Positions 41,301-57,749 of a stretch of 64,000 bases of DNA are shown here, in pieces (position 1 is the stretch's first letter; each line of letters starts with the position of its first letter). Origin of the DNA: the human T2T-CHM13v2.0 reference genome, Homo sapiens. The translations under genes and the position numbers were made by a program. The DNA is taken from NCBI RefSeq assembly GCF_009914755.1, contig NC_060930.1; one strand, written 5' to 3'. The notes below the pieces were generated by a model, which was given only the letters and a program-made list of their open reading frames with translations, made no database searches and was not told the DNA's origin.

Positions 41301-41790
41301 CCTCCCACAAGGAGCTCAAATGGCTTAGATGGCAGGAGGCAGCAGTAGCTATGGTGCTGGCTACCCCTCCCCAACGGGAGCTTAGCAGACTCTAGCTGAT
41401 TCTAGATTCTAGCTGAGTGGCTTTTGAGAATCTGCACCACTCCATGGTTGGGGCCCTAGGCCCCGGTGGCATGGGCTTACAAGTGGGATCTTCCGATCCA
41501 TGGATTGCACACTTTCGAGAAAAAAGCAGTTTCCCAGTCTGGGTAGCATCCTCATTCACTGCCTCCTTTGACTGGGGGTTGGGGTCTCCCCTGCCCTGTG
41601 TGGCTGTCAGGTGAGCCGCCACACCACACTGTTCTTCCTTCCTCTCCGTGAGCCATGCCAGGCGTGTAGTCACTTCTGATGACAGAACCTGGATATGTTG
41701 GTTGCTGGTGCTGGATTTGGGCTGTTACGGTTCTTTTCGTGGGAGCCTCCGATTGCTGCTGCTTTTAGTCAGCCATTTTGGCCCCGCCCC
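35359..41790 (-). mobile_element. Full-length, degenerate LINE-1, L1PA10-like (L1PA8-PA12 range)
   Basis: 3' end 'tactttaagttctgggatacaagtgcagaac...ctaggttttaagtcccacatgcattagct'. ORF2 pieces 36266-38969 (RT FADD in 37000-37560; EN GDFNTP in 38613-38969); ORF1 C-terminus 39445-39669; GC-richer 5'UTR to 41790. Imperfect TSD ctttagtattctt/ctttggaattctt. Confidence 0.92.
40532..40554. repeat. (GTT)n microsatellite inside the L1
   Basis: Seen directly. Confidence 0.9.
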
Positions 41791-43252
41791 CTTTGGAATT
41801 CTTGATATTTGTTTACATCATCTACTGGAAAAGCTGTTATTTGTATTTCTACTTCTCTTCCTATAGAAGGAGGTTGCTGTTTATACCTTTCTGTTAAAAG
41901 GAACTTTTCTAATTCGAAGTAATTGTTTAGTTACAGTGATAATATACTTAAAATGGCCAATAGACTTATGAATATCCAGTCATAAGTTACTAAGTAGAAC
42001 AAAATTTTGGATCAAATAATTTAAAAAATACTTCAAAAGAAAAATAGTGAATTACTCAATTGTTGAGGTTAATATCTGGCTACATTATTTGAATCAGGTA
42101 GTTTGAAATTTATATATAATAAATATATAAAATTAATTGCATAAATGTATAGATAAAAAATTAACAAACTTATTACTGCAATTCACGTGAATATAAAACC
42201 TTGCCCTTAGATGACTAGCAAATGGAATAGATACTACAACCCGTGTTCTCAAATTCAGTCTCAAATTTTACTCTATCCAACTGACAATATTAAAGAAGAA
42301 TTTGAATCTTGCATAAATATTCATTTCATGTCAACAAACATTGAGGCAAAGAAAGAAAAAAAATTGAGTCGCTCCTCAATAATAAATAGAAATATATTTT
42401 AACAGTAGGGGTTAAATTTTGTCATTGTGTGGATGTTTTTTATCTGATATTTAGACAACGGTTACAACTTTCTATTTGCATAGATGTGTTAACAGGTACT
42501 TGAACAACCTTTGAAAGGAATTATACATATTATTTTTAGTCAGCAGAATTTTCAAAACAATATAGCTATTTAAACATTTAAATAAATAATTTTGCAATAA
42601 ATAGGAAAATTTTGTGTCTTTTCTTAGCATTTTTTTAAAGTTCAATTTAAACTACATTTAAAAAATTAAAAGTCAACATATAAATTAATCTTTATACTTC
42701 AAGATATGAGTTGTGACCATTTAGTGGACTAAAAACAGGGTATTTGCAGAACAGAGAAAAACACATGGATATTAAATATACAGGTGGATACATTTTTACA
42801 TATGTATCCTCTTCCATGATACCACCACTAAGGCCAAAATATAGAACATTTCCAGCACCTCAGAAAGCTCTCTTATGTCCGTTACTGTCTACAACATACT
42901 AGCCATAAACCAGTATTCTGATTTCTACTGCCATATATAAGATCTGGCTGATCTTGAACTTCAGACAAATGTAATCGTTCAGTGTGTATTCTTCTATGTC
43001 TAACTTCTTTTACTTAATATTATCTCTGTGATATTTATACACACTACTACATTGTAGCAGCAACATACTCTAATTACTGTGTGGGATTCCAGTGTATCTC
43101 ACACAGCAATTAGGGTATGCCAAATCAATGGTTTATCACCATTCATTTCCTCATTCTACTCTTGATGAACATTTGGATTATTTCCAATGGAGGCTTTTAT
43201 GAATAAAGTGCACATGAACATTCTTAAATAGATCTTTTAAATGGACACATGT

Positions 43253-43609
<357 letters not shown>

Positions 43610-44515
43610 TCATAGGGTATAACTATGCTTAGTTTTAGTAGATACTACCATAAATAATTACCCAACATGCTTTTACCAACTTACACTTCCACAAGCAGTA
43701 GCGTTAGAGTTCTGGTTGCTTCACTTTGTCACTAACACTTGGTATTGTCAGTCTTTTTTATTTTAGTAATTCTGTTGGATATATGAAAGTGCCTCATTGT
43801 GGTTTAAATTGCATTTCCATGATGAGTTATGATGGGTAGCACTTTTATGTTTTGGGGCATTAGATATCCTTTTTTGTGAAGTACCTGTTCAAATCTTATG
43901 TCTATTTGTTATTGTGTTTTTTGTAACTCTAAAACTTGATTTATAGAAGTTTTTTGAAATTCCGGGTATAGGTGATTAGCCAGATAATATATTGTAAGCA
44001 TTCTTTCCCATTATTTTGTCTTTTCGCCCTCTTAATAGTGACTTAATAAACAATAATTCACAATTTTAATGAAGTCTAAATTAATAATATTTTATCTTTT
44101 TGGTTTTATTTAAAACATCTTTCCCTACATTAAAATATTTTTCTATTTTTGTATAGTTTTAATATTTTATCTTTCCCACTTAGATTCATGATCTATCTCG
44201 AAATAATTTTTGTATACAATAGAAGGTAGGTGTTTTGTTCCCCTTCCCTGCCGTGGAAAAGACTATCTTTCTTCACTAAATTGCACTGATACCTTTGTTG
44301 TAAATCAGGTGACCATATAGGCATGATCTGTTTCTGGAATCTCTACTATCTTTTATTGGTTCAGTTTCAGTCCTTGTGCCAATATTACACTGTGATAGTT
44401 ACTGTAAATTTGTAAAATCCACCAGTTAGTTCTTCTTTTTCAAGATTTTTCATGCCTTACTTAGGTCCTTTGCATTTCTATGTACATTTCAGCATCAGCT
44501 TTTTAGTTTCCAAAT

Positions 44516-44542
44516 ACACACACACACACACACACACACACA
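44516..44542. repeat. (CA)n microsatellite
   Basis: Seen directly. Confidence 0.95.
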
Positions 44543-45466
44543 AATGCTTGCTGGTAATTTTGATTGTAATTTTGTTGATTATGTTGATCAATTTTGAGAG
44601 GATTAGTTTTTTTCCTCTCAGCAATTTAGTTTTAAGCATAGAAATTTTTAATGTCTTATTAGACCTATTCCATGAGTTAAATATTTTATTGCTGTTACCA
44701 TGTATTATAAATGGTAATTTTTGTACATTTCATTTCTAGCTGTTTATTACTTTTATATAAAACATATATGTAAATTTTATATTGAGTTTGTATCCAGTGA
44801 CTGTGCCAAATTCACTACAATTTTATAGATTTATTTTTGATTTTCCACATAAAATTCTGTTACCTGTAAATCATGAAAGTTTTCTTTTTCCTTTTTAGTC
44901 TTTATAACTTGATTTCTTGATGCCTTTATGCATTGGCTATAAGTATGGTGGTTAGTAGAAGAGATGGTAGTCGACATTCTTGTCTTGATCTTGCATTCAG
45001 AAGAAAAGTTTTCAATACATCATCATTATGTTGAGTGTAAGCCTTTTCATAACTATATTTTAACAGATGAAGGGCATTCCTACTGGCTGACAATTGATTT
45101 TATCATTAGTGAGGGCTGTTTTATCAAATGCTTTTCAGCATTTATATAAATTGTCATATGGATTTTTGGAGAGGATTCTGTTAATGTGGTAAATTGCATC
45201 AGTTGATTTTGAAAGCTAAACCAACCTTGATTCCTAGAAAACAGTCCATTTGGTCAACATAAGTTATCCTTTTAATAAATTACTGAATTAATGTATTACT
45301 TTATTTAGTATTTTTGCATTTGTGTTCATGAGGATTATTACCCAGTGATTTTCCTTTTCTTATGATGTTTTACTAGGCTTTAGTTTTAAGGTCATGCTGG
45401 TCTTATGAGGTAAAAAACATTTCTCCTTTTTTGATTCTCTGAAAAAACACTGTTTAAGATTGATGA

Positions 45467-46242
45467 TTTATTTTTTATTTTTAATTTTTTGAGATACATA
45501 ATAGGTGTGTGTATTTATGGTGTATATATATGTTTATGGTATAAATACAGTAGGTGTACATATATATTTATGGGGTACATAATGTATTTTGATACAGGCA
45601 TGGAATGTGCATTAATCATATCAGAATAAATGATCCCATCACCACAAGCATTTATCCTTTCTTTCTGTTACAGACAATCCAATTATACTCTTATAGTTAT
45701 TTTTAAATGTACAATACATTATTGTTGACTGTTGTCACACTGTTGTGCTATCAAATCTAGATTTTAGTCATCTTATCTAACCATATTTTTGTGCCCATTA
45801 ACCATCTCCACTTCCTCTTCTCCACTCCACTACCCTTCCCAGCCTCTGATATAACCATCAAGAAATTCTTGTCTTGTTCTGGTTCCTAAGGGGAATAGTT
45901 CCAGGTTTTGCCTATTTGGTATGATGTTGGCTGTGAGTTTGTCATAGATGGCTCTTATTATTTTAAAGTATTTTCCTTCAATGCCTAGTTTTTTCGGGGT
46001 TTTTAACATGAAGTGGTGTTAAATTTTATTGAAAGCCTTTTCTGCATCTATTGAGATAATCATGTGGTTTTTAATTTTAGTTCTGTTTATGTGGTGAATC
46101 ACATTTACAGATTTGTATATGTTGATCCAACCTTGCATCCCAAGGATAAAACCTACTTGATCATGGTAGATTAGCTTTTTAATTATTTGCTAGTATTTTG
46201 ACTATTTGCTAGTATTTTGTTGAGGATTTTTGCATCTATGTT
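45467..46242 (-). mobile_element. Rearranged L1: L1MA-type 3' end (45467-45860) fused to a mid-ORF2 segment (45866-46242)
   Basis: L1MA 3'UTR 'caatccaattatactcttatagttatttttaaatgtacaat' is followed by an abrupt switch to 'cttgtcttgttc...ttttgcatctatgtt', homologous to 3796-4152 and 37418-37780. Confidence 0.8.
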
Positions 46243-47640
46243 TCCCCTGCCCTGCTGTCCGAGTGATCTTTTTAACATCTCTAAAGTCTTTACTAGTGTC
46301 CTAAAGTTTATTCCTCATATTGATAATTTGTCTTTTTCTCTTTTATATTCTAGATCATTTTTATTGAGTTTATTTATTAATCTTTTCAAAAACCCACCTT
46401 TGGTTTTGGAGATTATCTCTATTACCTATTAGTTTTCTATTTCATTGACATTTATTCTTTTACTTATTATTTTCTTTCTTCTATGTTCTTTTATTTACTT
46501 TGAAATTCTCTCTCTAGCTTTTTAAGATGTAAGCTTATATCACTAACCTGAAACCATTCTTATTTTTATGTAAATTTAGATCTGTAAACTTCATAGCGAA
46601 CATTGCTTTGTCTGCATATCATGTGTCCACATGTCCTGTTTTTATTGGCTTTCAGTTCAAAATATTTTTTATTTCCATTGTGATTTCTTGTTTGACCCAT
46701 GTTTATTTAAAAGTGTATCACTTGGTTTCCATACATTTGCAGAATTTCTAGTTATATTTTTATTATTGATTTTTTTTAGTTTAATTCCACTGTGATTCAA
46801 TAATATATTGTTTTATTCAAATCTTCTGAAATTGTTGAGATCTGCTTTATGGGCCTATATTTTGGCAAATATCCCATGCCTACTTTAAAAAAAAAATGTA
46901 AAAAATGCAATTGTTTAGTGCAGTGTTCTGAAATATAAATTAAATAAATCAAATCTTAAATATTCGTGCTATATTTTATCTGTTTGTTCCATCAGTCATG
47001 AGACACGTTAAAATCTCCAATTATGATTGCTCCGTTTTTCTTTATAGTTCTCTCAATTTTTCTTCTTTTTTTAAAAAGCTGTGCTATCTGGTGCACTCAC
47101 ATTTTGGATTGCTATATTTCTCTACTGAATTATTTCAGGATATGATGAACATCCTAACATATTGCAATTATTTTGAATATTAATTAAATATATTTACACA
47201 CACTTTCAAAGGCTCTACACTCATTCCTGTATTTTCCCACTTCCTTTGAGTTGAGTAATTTCTTTTTAATATGTTTTGTATCGCCATTTTGCTAACAAAG
47301 TCTTTCAGTCTTTATTCGGCTACACACATCTTATTTTGTTTTTATTTTTGAATACTTTCAATGTGCTTACAATTTTAGTTGGCATTTTGTTTTTCTTTCA
47401 GTACTTTAAAGATATCATTCCACTGTCTTCTAATTTTCAGTTTTGGCTGAAAAGCCAACTATTCGTTTCATTTTTTCTTCTTTGAAAGTAACATTTCTTC
47501 TTTGACCTCCTAGCTGATTTTAGAATTTTCTCTTTACTTTTGGTTTCCATAAGTTTGCCTAAAATAGGCATAATGGAGTTATCTTTGTGTTTATCTGGGT
47601 TGGGATTTGCTGACCTTCATAAACCTAGTGGTTCGTGTCT

Positions 47641-47956
<316 letters not shown>

Positions 47957-48343
47957 TAATACTTGGCCATCATCTCTTCAAAAACTGCTTTGATCCTATT
48001 CTCTTTTCCTTTCGAGACAGCAATAACATGTTTATTAGACTATTTTACTATGGTGCTAAATTCTCTTACACATATTCCACACCTACAATGATTGGATTAG
48101 AAACTGTTGCTCACCTCTCTAGTTGAAACAGAAACTAGGAAGCTATAGTTCTCACACAGTATCATGGAAAAAATTGTGACTTTATAGACTAATTCCTTTT
48201 AAAACAGGATGTGGTTTTTTGTTGTTGTTGTTGTTTTTGCAATTTATGTGTAGTTTTCCAACTAATTAAGCCAAGATCATTTTAATGAGAAATCAGAGCT
48301 AAAATTGATGGATTATGTTTGTGATGACACAAACTAGCAAACA

Positions 48344-48900
48344 TGTAAGAAGCCACATTGGCTTATTCCTCCCTGCTTGAACCCCTGGCTCTGTAATGAA
48401 TTGCAGCTCTCCAGAAGAATGCCTTGAAGATAAAACAGAATATAGTATATGGTCCCCCATGTTTCTTGCCTGAGTCACTCTATTCCCTAAAACATAATGA
48501 CCATAGTCCTTGCCTTTTTCTACACATAAAACAATGTCTGACAGGATTAGTGATTATGCCTCTGTAAGATGTGCGCTTATATCCCGATCTTTTTTAGAAA
48601 TAATTTTTCAAATAGCTTTTGGGGTACAAGAGGTTTTGGGTTACATAGATGAATTGTATACTGGTTACACCCCAGTCTTGATATGGTTCTGCTTTATTGT
48701 AACTTCTGAGAAAGCTCAATGTGATTTTGCATGTACTGAACCCCCACCACCTGTATGTAGCAGTGGGCTGAACTACCATGCCAGAGCAGTCTGACGGAAC
48801 TGCTCCCAGGTCATAGGTTTAATCGATAGTCCTGAGGAAGTCTTCTGAATAATATTAATTAATTCTTTAAATACAAATTAATGACTTTCTTTTCTTTACG
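48344..48900 (+). mobile_element. ERV solo LTR (LTR47-like), interrupted by a tiny L1 piece
   Basis: 'tgcagctctccagaagaatgccttgaagataaaacag', 'gcctgagtcact' and 'gactgaac..ccacctgtat'-like motifs; family recalled, not verified; boundaries approximate. Confidence 0.5.
48592..48664 (-). mobile_element. Very short 5'-truncated L1PB-type 3' end
   Basis: 'caaatagctttttggggtacaagaggttttgggttacatagatgaattgtatactggt' parallels the L1PB 3' end at ~1718-1773; degenerate TSD ttatatcccgatctt/ttacaccccagtctt. Confidence 0.65.
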
Positions 48901-48979
48901 TGTTCCAAATAAATGCCACTCAAATATGAGAAACAATTAACAAGATATAGAGCAATATTTTTCAAACAGCAAGTGATCA

Positions 48980-49337
<358 letters not shown>

Positions 49338-49521
49338 TCAAAACTGCAGGTACTCTAGAAAAAAAAATCAATCCATCTAAGAAAAATATCAAGTTATTTC
49401 TATGTTCTTAATACAATGCTAAAGTTCATTCTGAGTCTCTAAATTTTATTACAAATTAATTCTATTACATAATTAAAGTCACCAAATACAAGCTCTCTTA
49501 CTTAGTTTTTGTAAAAGTTAA

Positions 49522-50225
49522 TGACGCAGGATTTTTCTCAGCCAGTTTCAGGATTTTCTCAGCCAGTTTGACAACCAGGGACCTCCACAGCCAGTGATGC
49601 CCCCTTGGCCCTGGGGCCTGGCATCAGAGGTACCCTGCCTACTTTGCCTGCTGGGCTGAGACTGGCTTATGCACTGGCTCAGCCCATGGCTGGGCCAGAC
49701 ATGCCCTAGCTTGCCTGTGTTACAGCTTGTACCCACATTCGGCAGTTTCCGAGCTGATGACCCATGTCCAAGAAGTATGAGATTACACTAACATTTTGAA
49801 GGGTGAGGCGGGTGGAGAATAGCTTTACTGAGTGACAGAACAGCTCTTAGCAGAGAGGGGATGCGGGGGCTAGTCCTCCACCCCCACAGTCAGGTGGTTT
49901 CTCTCCCTGTGTGGCTGAGTCTGATGCTTTTATGGGCTCAAAATAGGGGAGTGGGTGCTGATTGGTTTGTGAGTATGGGAAGAAAGGCTAAAGCAAAGGC
50001 ACTACTCAAAAGTGAGCATGGCAGTGTATAAAACCAATTAGGAAAGGGTAGGTATATGTATTATAAAATAAGTGAAGTATAGAGATCACTCAGAGGAAAG
50101 CACACCAAACAGGAAGACAGGTTCTCAATCTGGTTTACCCAGGACTATCTTTGGCTTGAAGGTCAGGTTTCACCAGAGTCCTGCCCCTATGTGCCTAGGC
50201 ATTTGACTGCCTCTTGTCACTATCA
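49522..50225 (-). mobile_element. ERV1 solo LTR (LTR27/LTR28/MER52-group-like)
   Basis: TG...CA termini with a perfect 4-bp TSD ttaa (49518-49521 and 50226-50229); minus-strand CCAAT (49961-49965), ATAAAA (49928-49933) and AGTAAA (49824-49829) in LTR order. Confidence 0.82.
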
Positions 50226-50299
50226 TTAATTCATAGAAGTAACTGTACTAAGTAAAAATATATGCATGAATAGCACCCAGAAAAAGTCTGAAAGGGTGT

Positions 50300-50560
50300 A
50301 CCGGGACTATTTTTGTTTCAAATTTGGAGAAAACCAACTGAAGTCAACTTAAGCAAAAAAAGAGAATGTATTTGTTTGCATAACTGAAAATCCAGTTTCG
50401 ACAGGATTTGGTCATAGGCCAATCCCCATCTTACCACCATGGATAGGGGAATGGATGGGTGGAGGGAGATAAAGTATTTGGCCAAACCTAGATGAGTGCT
50501 CTAACCTTGGAACCCCAGGCCAAAATGGGGGAAATGTGGATATCTGAGCAAAAATTACAG
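50300..50560 (-). mobile_element. Old MaLR/ERVL LTR fragment (MLT1J/K- or LTR33-like)
   Basis: 'gaaaaccaactgaagtcaacttaagcaaaaaaagagaatgtatt...cataactgaaaatcca'. Confidence 0.4.
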
Positions 50561-51755
50561 GTTGAAGGCTGCGTCAAGGATAAGGAAAAATGAAATTGGG
50601 AAGGTAACAACTGAAAGAGAGAAATAGAGACAAAAAATAAGAAAACAAAAAGGGACTATTCATTGGGTAGTTGGGGATTACAGTTGAATTTCCCTTTGTT
50701 CTGTTTGTAAAAAAATTATGTCTTTCAATTTGAAAAATACACTAAAATATTTGCAGTTATTCTTACTGGGAAGCAAAAGAATAATAGAGACTTAACTTAG
50801 TAATAAAACCCAGAGAACTATCATATAAAGAAATCTTAAAGTCCAGATAAAATGATCTGTAAGAGTGAATTTCTAGCTTAATCAGTTTATTAAAAATCCT
50901 GCACATCCAGGGTTTCTGGGCATTGCTGAGCAAAAAGTGATTCTTTGGGTTGCCAAAGGCATGATTCAGTCATCCTCTTCAGGAATATATCTGAGGAGAG
51001 TTAATGCCAGAAATGTGTGGAACAGGCCTCAGGCAGGTATATTCACAGACTCTAAATTGATTGTGGAGTTTCTAATCTCTTTCTCAGGAATTTTAATGTC
51101 AGGGAATAGATTAAGAGGTCCAGCTTAGCTCAGAAAACCAAAGTTCAACCTTTAGAGTCAGAATCAGCATCAAAATTCATTCCATGAATATATCTTAGTG
51201 TCCCTGTAAAAGAGGAGATACATAATTGATGCACTGAAGATCTCAGCATGATATTGAAATGGAAGCATTTGCAAGATAGGTTTATGAGAAATGAATATGG
51301 GCTTTGTTTTGTTCTTATGATAATCTATGTAAACCATTGCTATAAAGCTAATTTCCTGTATGTGCTAATATGTGCCTTTCCAAAGATAGCTATCCAAAGA
51401 AAGAATGGGTCACATCAGGGAAATAATATTTCTACATTTGCAGAAATTGTAAATCTACAATTGTAAATTAGAAAAATTAGCAATGGTATTTCATAATTTA
51501 TTAGGCTTATCTGCTTCCAATGATGAACATCAAAGTTAAGTGTGTAAAACTTACATTTTCCTGTAATTTATTTCCTTTTGAAATCAAATAAACCAATGTG
51601 TAATTATAAATTATTTCTTTTACAAGGCAAAGCATTAATTCCAGTCTTCTTTATCCTCAAATATCCACTAATAATATGCTTTACATAGCATTGTCAATTA
51701 TTTGACAAGATAAATAATCCATAATACCAAGTTACTGCCTTGTTAAAAACACACA

Positions 51756-51978
51756 TAGAGTGAATCCTAATGTAAAGTATGGACTTTAGGTGATAGTAAT
51801 GTGTCAATGTAGGTTCATCGATTGGAAGAAATGCACAACTCTGATGAGCGATGTTGATAATGGGACAGGTTGTACCTGTGTGGGGGTGGGGGTTTCTGTG
51901 TAGGGACTCTCTGTATTTTCCACTCAGTTTTGCTGTGAACCTAAAACTGCTCTTAAAAATAAAGTTTATTAATTTTTA
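51756..51978 (+). mobile_element. L1MC1/2-like 3' end, 5'-truncated
   Basis: 'cctaatgtaaagtatggacttt...ctgtgaacctaaaactgctcttaaaaataaagt'; flanked by ttaaaaacacaca/ttaaagcacaca. Confidence 0.8.
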
Positions 51979-52091
51979 TTAAAGCACACACAAAATCTTA
52001 TTTTTATCTATAAATGTTATTCTAAGAAGTATTTCAATAATTGTATTCATAGCTGCAGAAATTCAGGCTATTCACAAAATTTATGCTACCA

Positions 52092-54683
<2,592 letters not shown>

Positions 54684-56332
54684 TATGCTACCACATTTTT
54701 TTACTTTGTTTTCTTTAGGTACTTATTTCTCCTTTTCTCAATTATCTCATATTGATACAATTAATCTCTGTAAAAAATAAATTCCCTGAGCTTCTATTTT
54801 TCCAGAGTGCCCTAGAGATGAATCTCAATGCAGCTTTGTAAAGTATGAAGCACAAGGCTTTTATTCTTCCGGGAATATTACATTTCATGTTTCACTTTTA
54901 TGGAGAAATCAGTAACAAACCACTCCCCCATCTGTTTGCTTAATAGAATATTTCAGTCAATGAGGCTGGTGTCTTGGAGCCAGACAGGCCTGGTGGCATC
55001 TGAAACCATTTTCCTAACTGTTTCAGAATCAGCAAAACACAAAGCTGGTTTTACCACGTGCTTTTACTCTTTAATTTTTAAATTTGTGCACATTGTGATG
55101 GAAATGTAATCCATCTGTTTCATTAGCACTTAATTCAACAAATTATTGTTTTATAAGAGGAATTTGATGTCCAAGATGCCTTGTGAGTCTTTTTATTCTC
55201 CCCATTGGAACCCCTGGGAAGTGGGGTTTTCCAAAGATAAATGTATCTCAGAGTTTAGAAGGCACTGGTGTAGTGAACAATATCATAATATTAATATCCT
55301 TTATCCTAGAAAAGTTGTGTCCAGTACCACCAGAAAGATTAATTTAAAATACAGTCTAGTGGATTTAATTATTAAGCTTTCGTTTCCAGTTTCTTGGCTT
55401 CTTTCAAATTTTTTCTAATTCCATATATCCCTAAGTGGTATAGTACATTGTTCCCAACCTGAATAATTTTTTTTCCATGCTCTGACCATCAAGAGGTTAT
55501 GTTTTTCTACCAAAGGCTTTGATTACCACGAAGTGATTCCATTTCCCTAGGGCCTAGCTCTGTGTACATTTGGATGTGTTTGCATTGTCTGTATAGGAAA
55601 GCCCCAGGCATATTCCATATCACTAACTCTGCAGGATCTTGATGTGTGTTATATTTTAAAAGGCTGTGTGGACTCATAAATTTTGGAAACACCAGGTTAA
55701 AGGAGACTCAATGGGCTTTTTAGTTCAGGATTTTGGGGCCTTTACTATTTTAATGAGCACTATGCGTCCCCTAGAGAGGGCAGCATATGGAGCGCTGCAG
55801 AACTCTTTCAGCATGGAGCACGCTTTTCTCGGAGCATCTGGACTATTATTCCGTGGGAAAAACTTTGGAAATTCTGACCTACATCTTTTCTCTTTGCATT
55901 TATTTCATTACCTCCTGGTGTCTGGTGTCTATTGTCTAAAGACAAACAACAAACTGCCTTCTTTTAACATTTAATTTAATTTTCTTTTCATTACAGAGGG
56001 CAGGATTGTTCTGTTTCGCTGAAGAAACAATCCTACCATTAATAGAGTCTGAAGTATCAAAGAATATTTTGCAACTATTTGAATGGAAATCCCCATTTGT
56101 GGTTTTAGTGGGCAGTGTGGCAGCTTGGCATTAGAAGAGCTGCATTGCATTTCTTTGATTAATTTCTATCAAATTGTGCTACTGTAGGTAATTTATCTGT
56201 TTTTTTAATCCTGTGAGAATTGGCCCATCTTTACTAAATTGCAAAAAGAGGAAGCAGAAAGACATTTTAAAAATAGCTTAAAAGTAAGAAAGAGATAATG
56301 TCGGCAGCCTTTTCTATGAAGGTGAGTTCTAC

Positions 56333-56354
56333 CTGTCTGTCTGTCTGTCTATCT
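56333..56354. repeat. (CTGT)n/(CTAT) tetranucleotide repeat
   Basis: Seen directly. Confidence 0.85.
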
Positions 56355-57003
56355 AGAAGTACATGCATGTAAGGATATAGAAATTTAGAATTACTTTTTC
56401 TCTTTCATCCTAAGGCTCATCTCCCTAAAATGTCTTTTCAGTATTTGTCTCAATTCCATGCCTCAATTTTCTACCTGGTTTAGGAATCACCTTGAGAGAT
56501 GGATGGGTAGAGAATCTCATGAGAACAGTCACATCCTTTAGGAGGGCCTATATAAATCTTTCACTTCACCAATGCCTTAGGGACATGTGTGTGTGTTTAT
56601 AGAAAGTGGAGGGAGGTCACAAATTCCTAACTCAGAGGAGGAAAGAAATAAACTTTACTCTTTTCTCAGGTGAGTCAGTTCTACACGAAGAGTGTTGGGA
56701 AGCTTCTTTTGGCTGTAACTCTAACTTCAATCTCCATTTTAAGGGCCAAGGATGCCACCTAAACACACAGTAATTGTTTAGTGAAATCACCTGCATTAGA
56801 CTTGCGCTTTCCCCTCATTCTGCCCATATTCCATCCACCTGGTTTATTCTAAGATGATAAATGATAATGCTCTTTTTTGCTGCCTGAATTCTGCTAATAT
56901 CTCTCAATATTTTTCCTATTCACGCATAAAGGGATTCATAAAGGATTCATGACTTCCTCTCTGTTTATGTGCAATGTCTTTTGCATTATATATGCCACAC
57001 TAA

Positions 57004-57115
57004 ATTCATATATTCATTTGTCAACCATTCATGCAACTCTCTACTTTTTCATATATTCATTAATGTATGCATTCATCCATTTAGCAAACATTTATTCTGC
57101 ATGCACAACACAGCA
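57004..57115 (-). mobile_element. L2 3' end with degenerate (ATTC)n
   Basis: 'cattcatccatttagcaaacatttattctgcatgcacaacacag'. Confidence 0.5.
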
Positions 57116-57749
57116 GTTAAGGGTGTTTTCAAAGTTTTTACCTTCAAACTAAGTAAAAATCATCCCAGATTTCCTACAAAAAGACTTCCAGATGAAATGT
57201 AAATACAGAATAAAATAAATATTAAAGGCCAATAGCAACATTAATGGCAGGTTTAATTCATTTTAGCTTAGAAATGGGATTCTTTTCTTGGGCTCATATA
57301 ATATCCACATAATTCTAGGATTAATCTTGGGTCCAGAATCACAAGGAATAATATTTTGCTTAAATATAATATTCCACATAGGAAACTGAGTCAATATTTT
57401 ACATTTTCCCTAGGCTCCAGCTTCTGATTTTATTGTGCTATAGTATTGCAATCACCTTTTATTTTAGTTGTTAAATGGAATATCACTTTGGAATGAAAAT
57501 ACCTGAGAGATAGAATGATATAGTATATAGGACAAGTCCCATAATATAATTAAATATGGCACTGATGTTTACTGCATTCTATTTGCTTGTGTTAGCTAAA
57601 ATTTAAATAGCCAGTGTGGAAAAAGGAAATAATTTATTCAAATGAGTTTTCAAAACGTTGAAATAATTCCCTTTTATGCCTAGATTACCAGCTCTCTTAA
57701 ATCTTCATAGTTCTGTGATTCTCCAACAAATTTTCCTTTCTCTGCTTCT

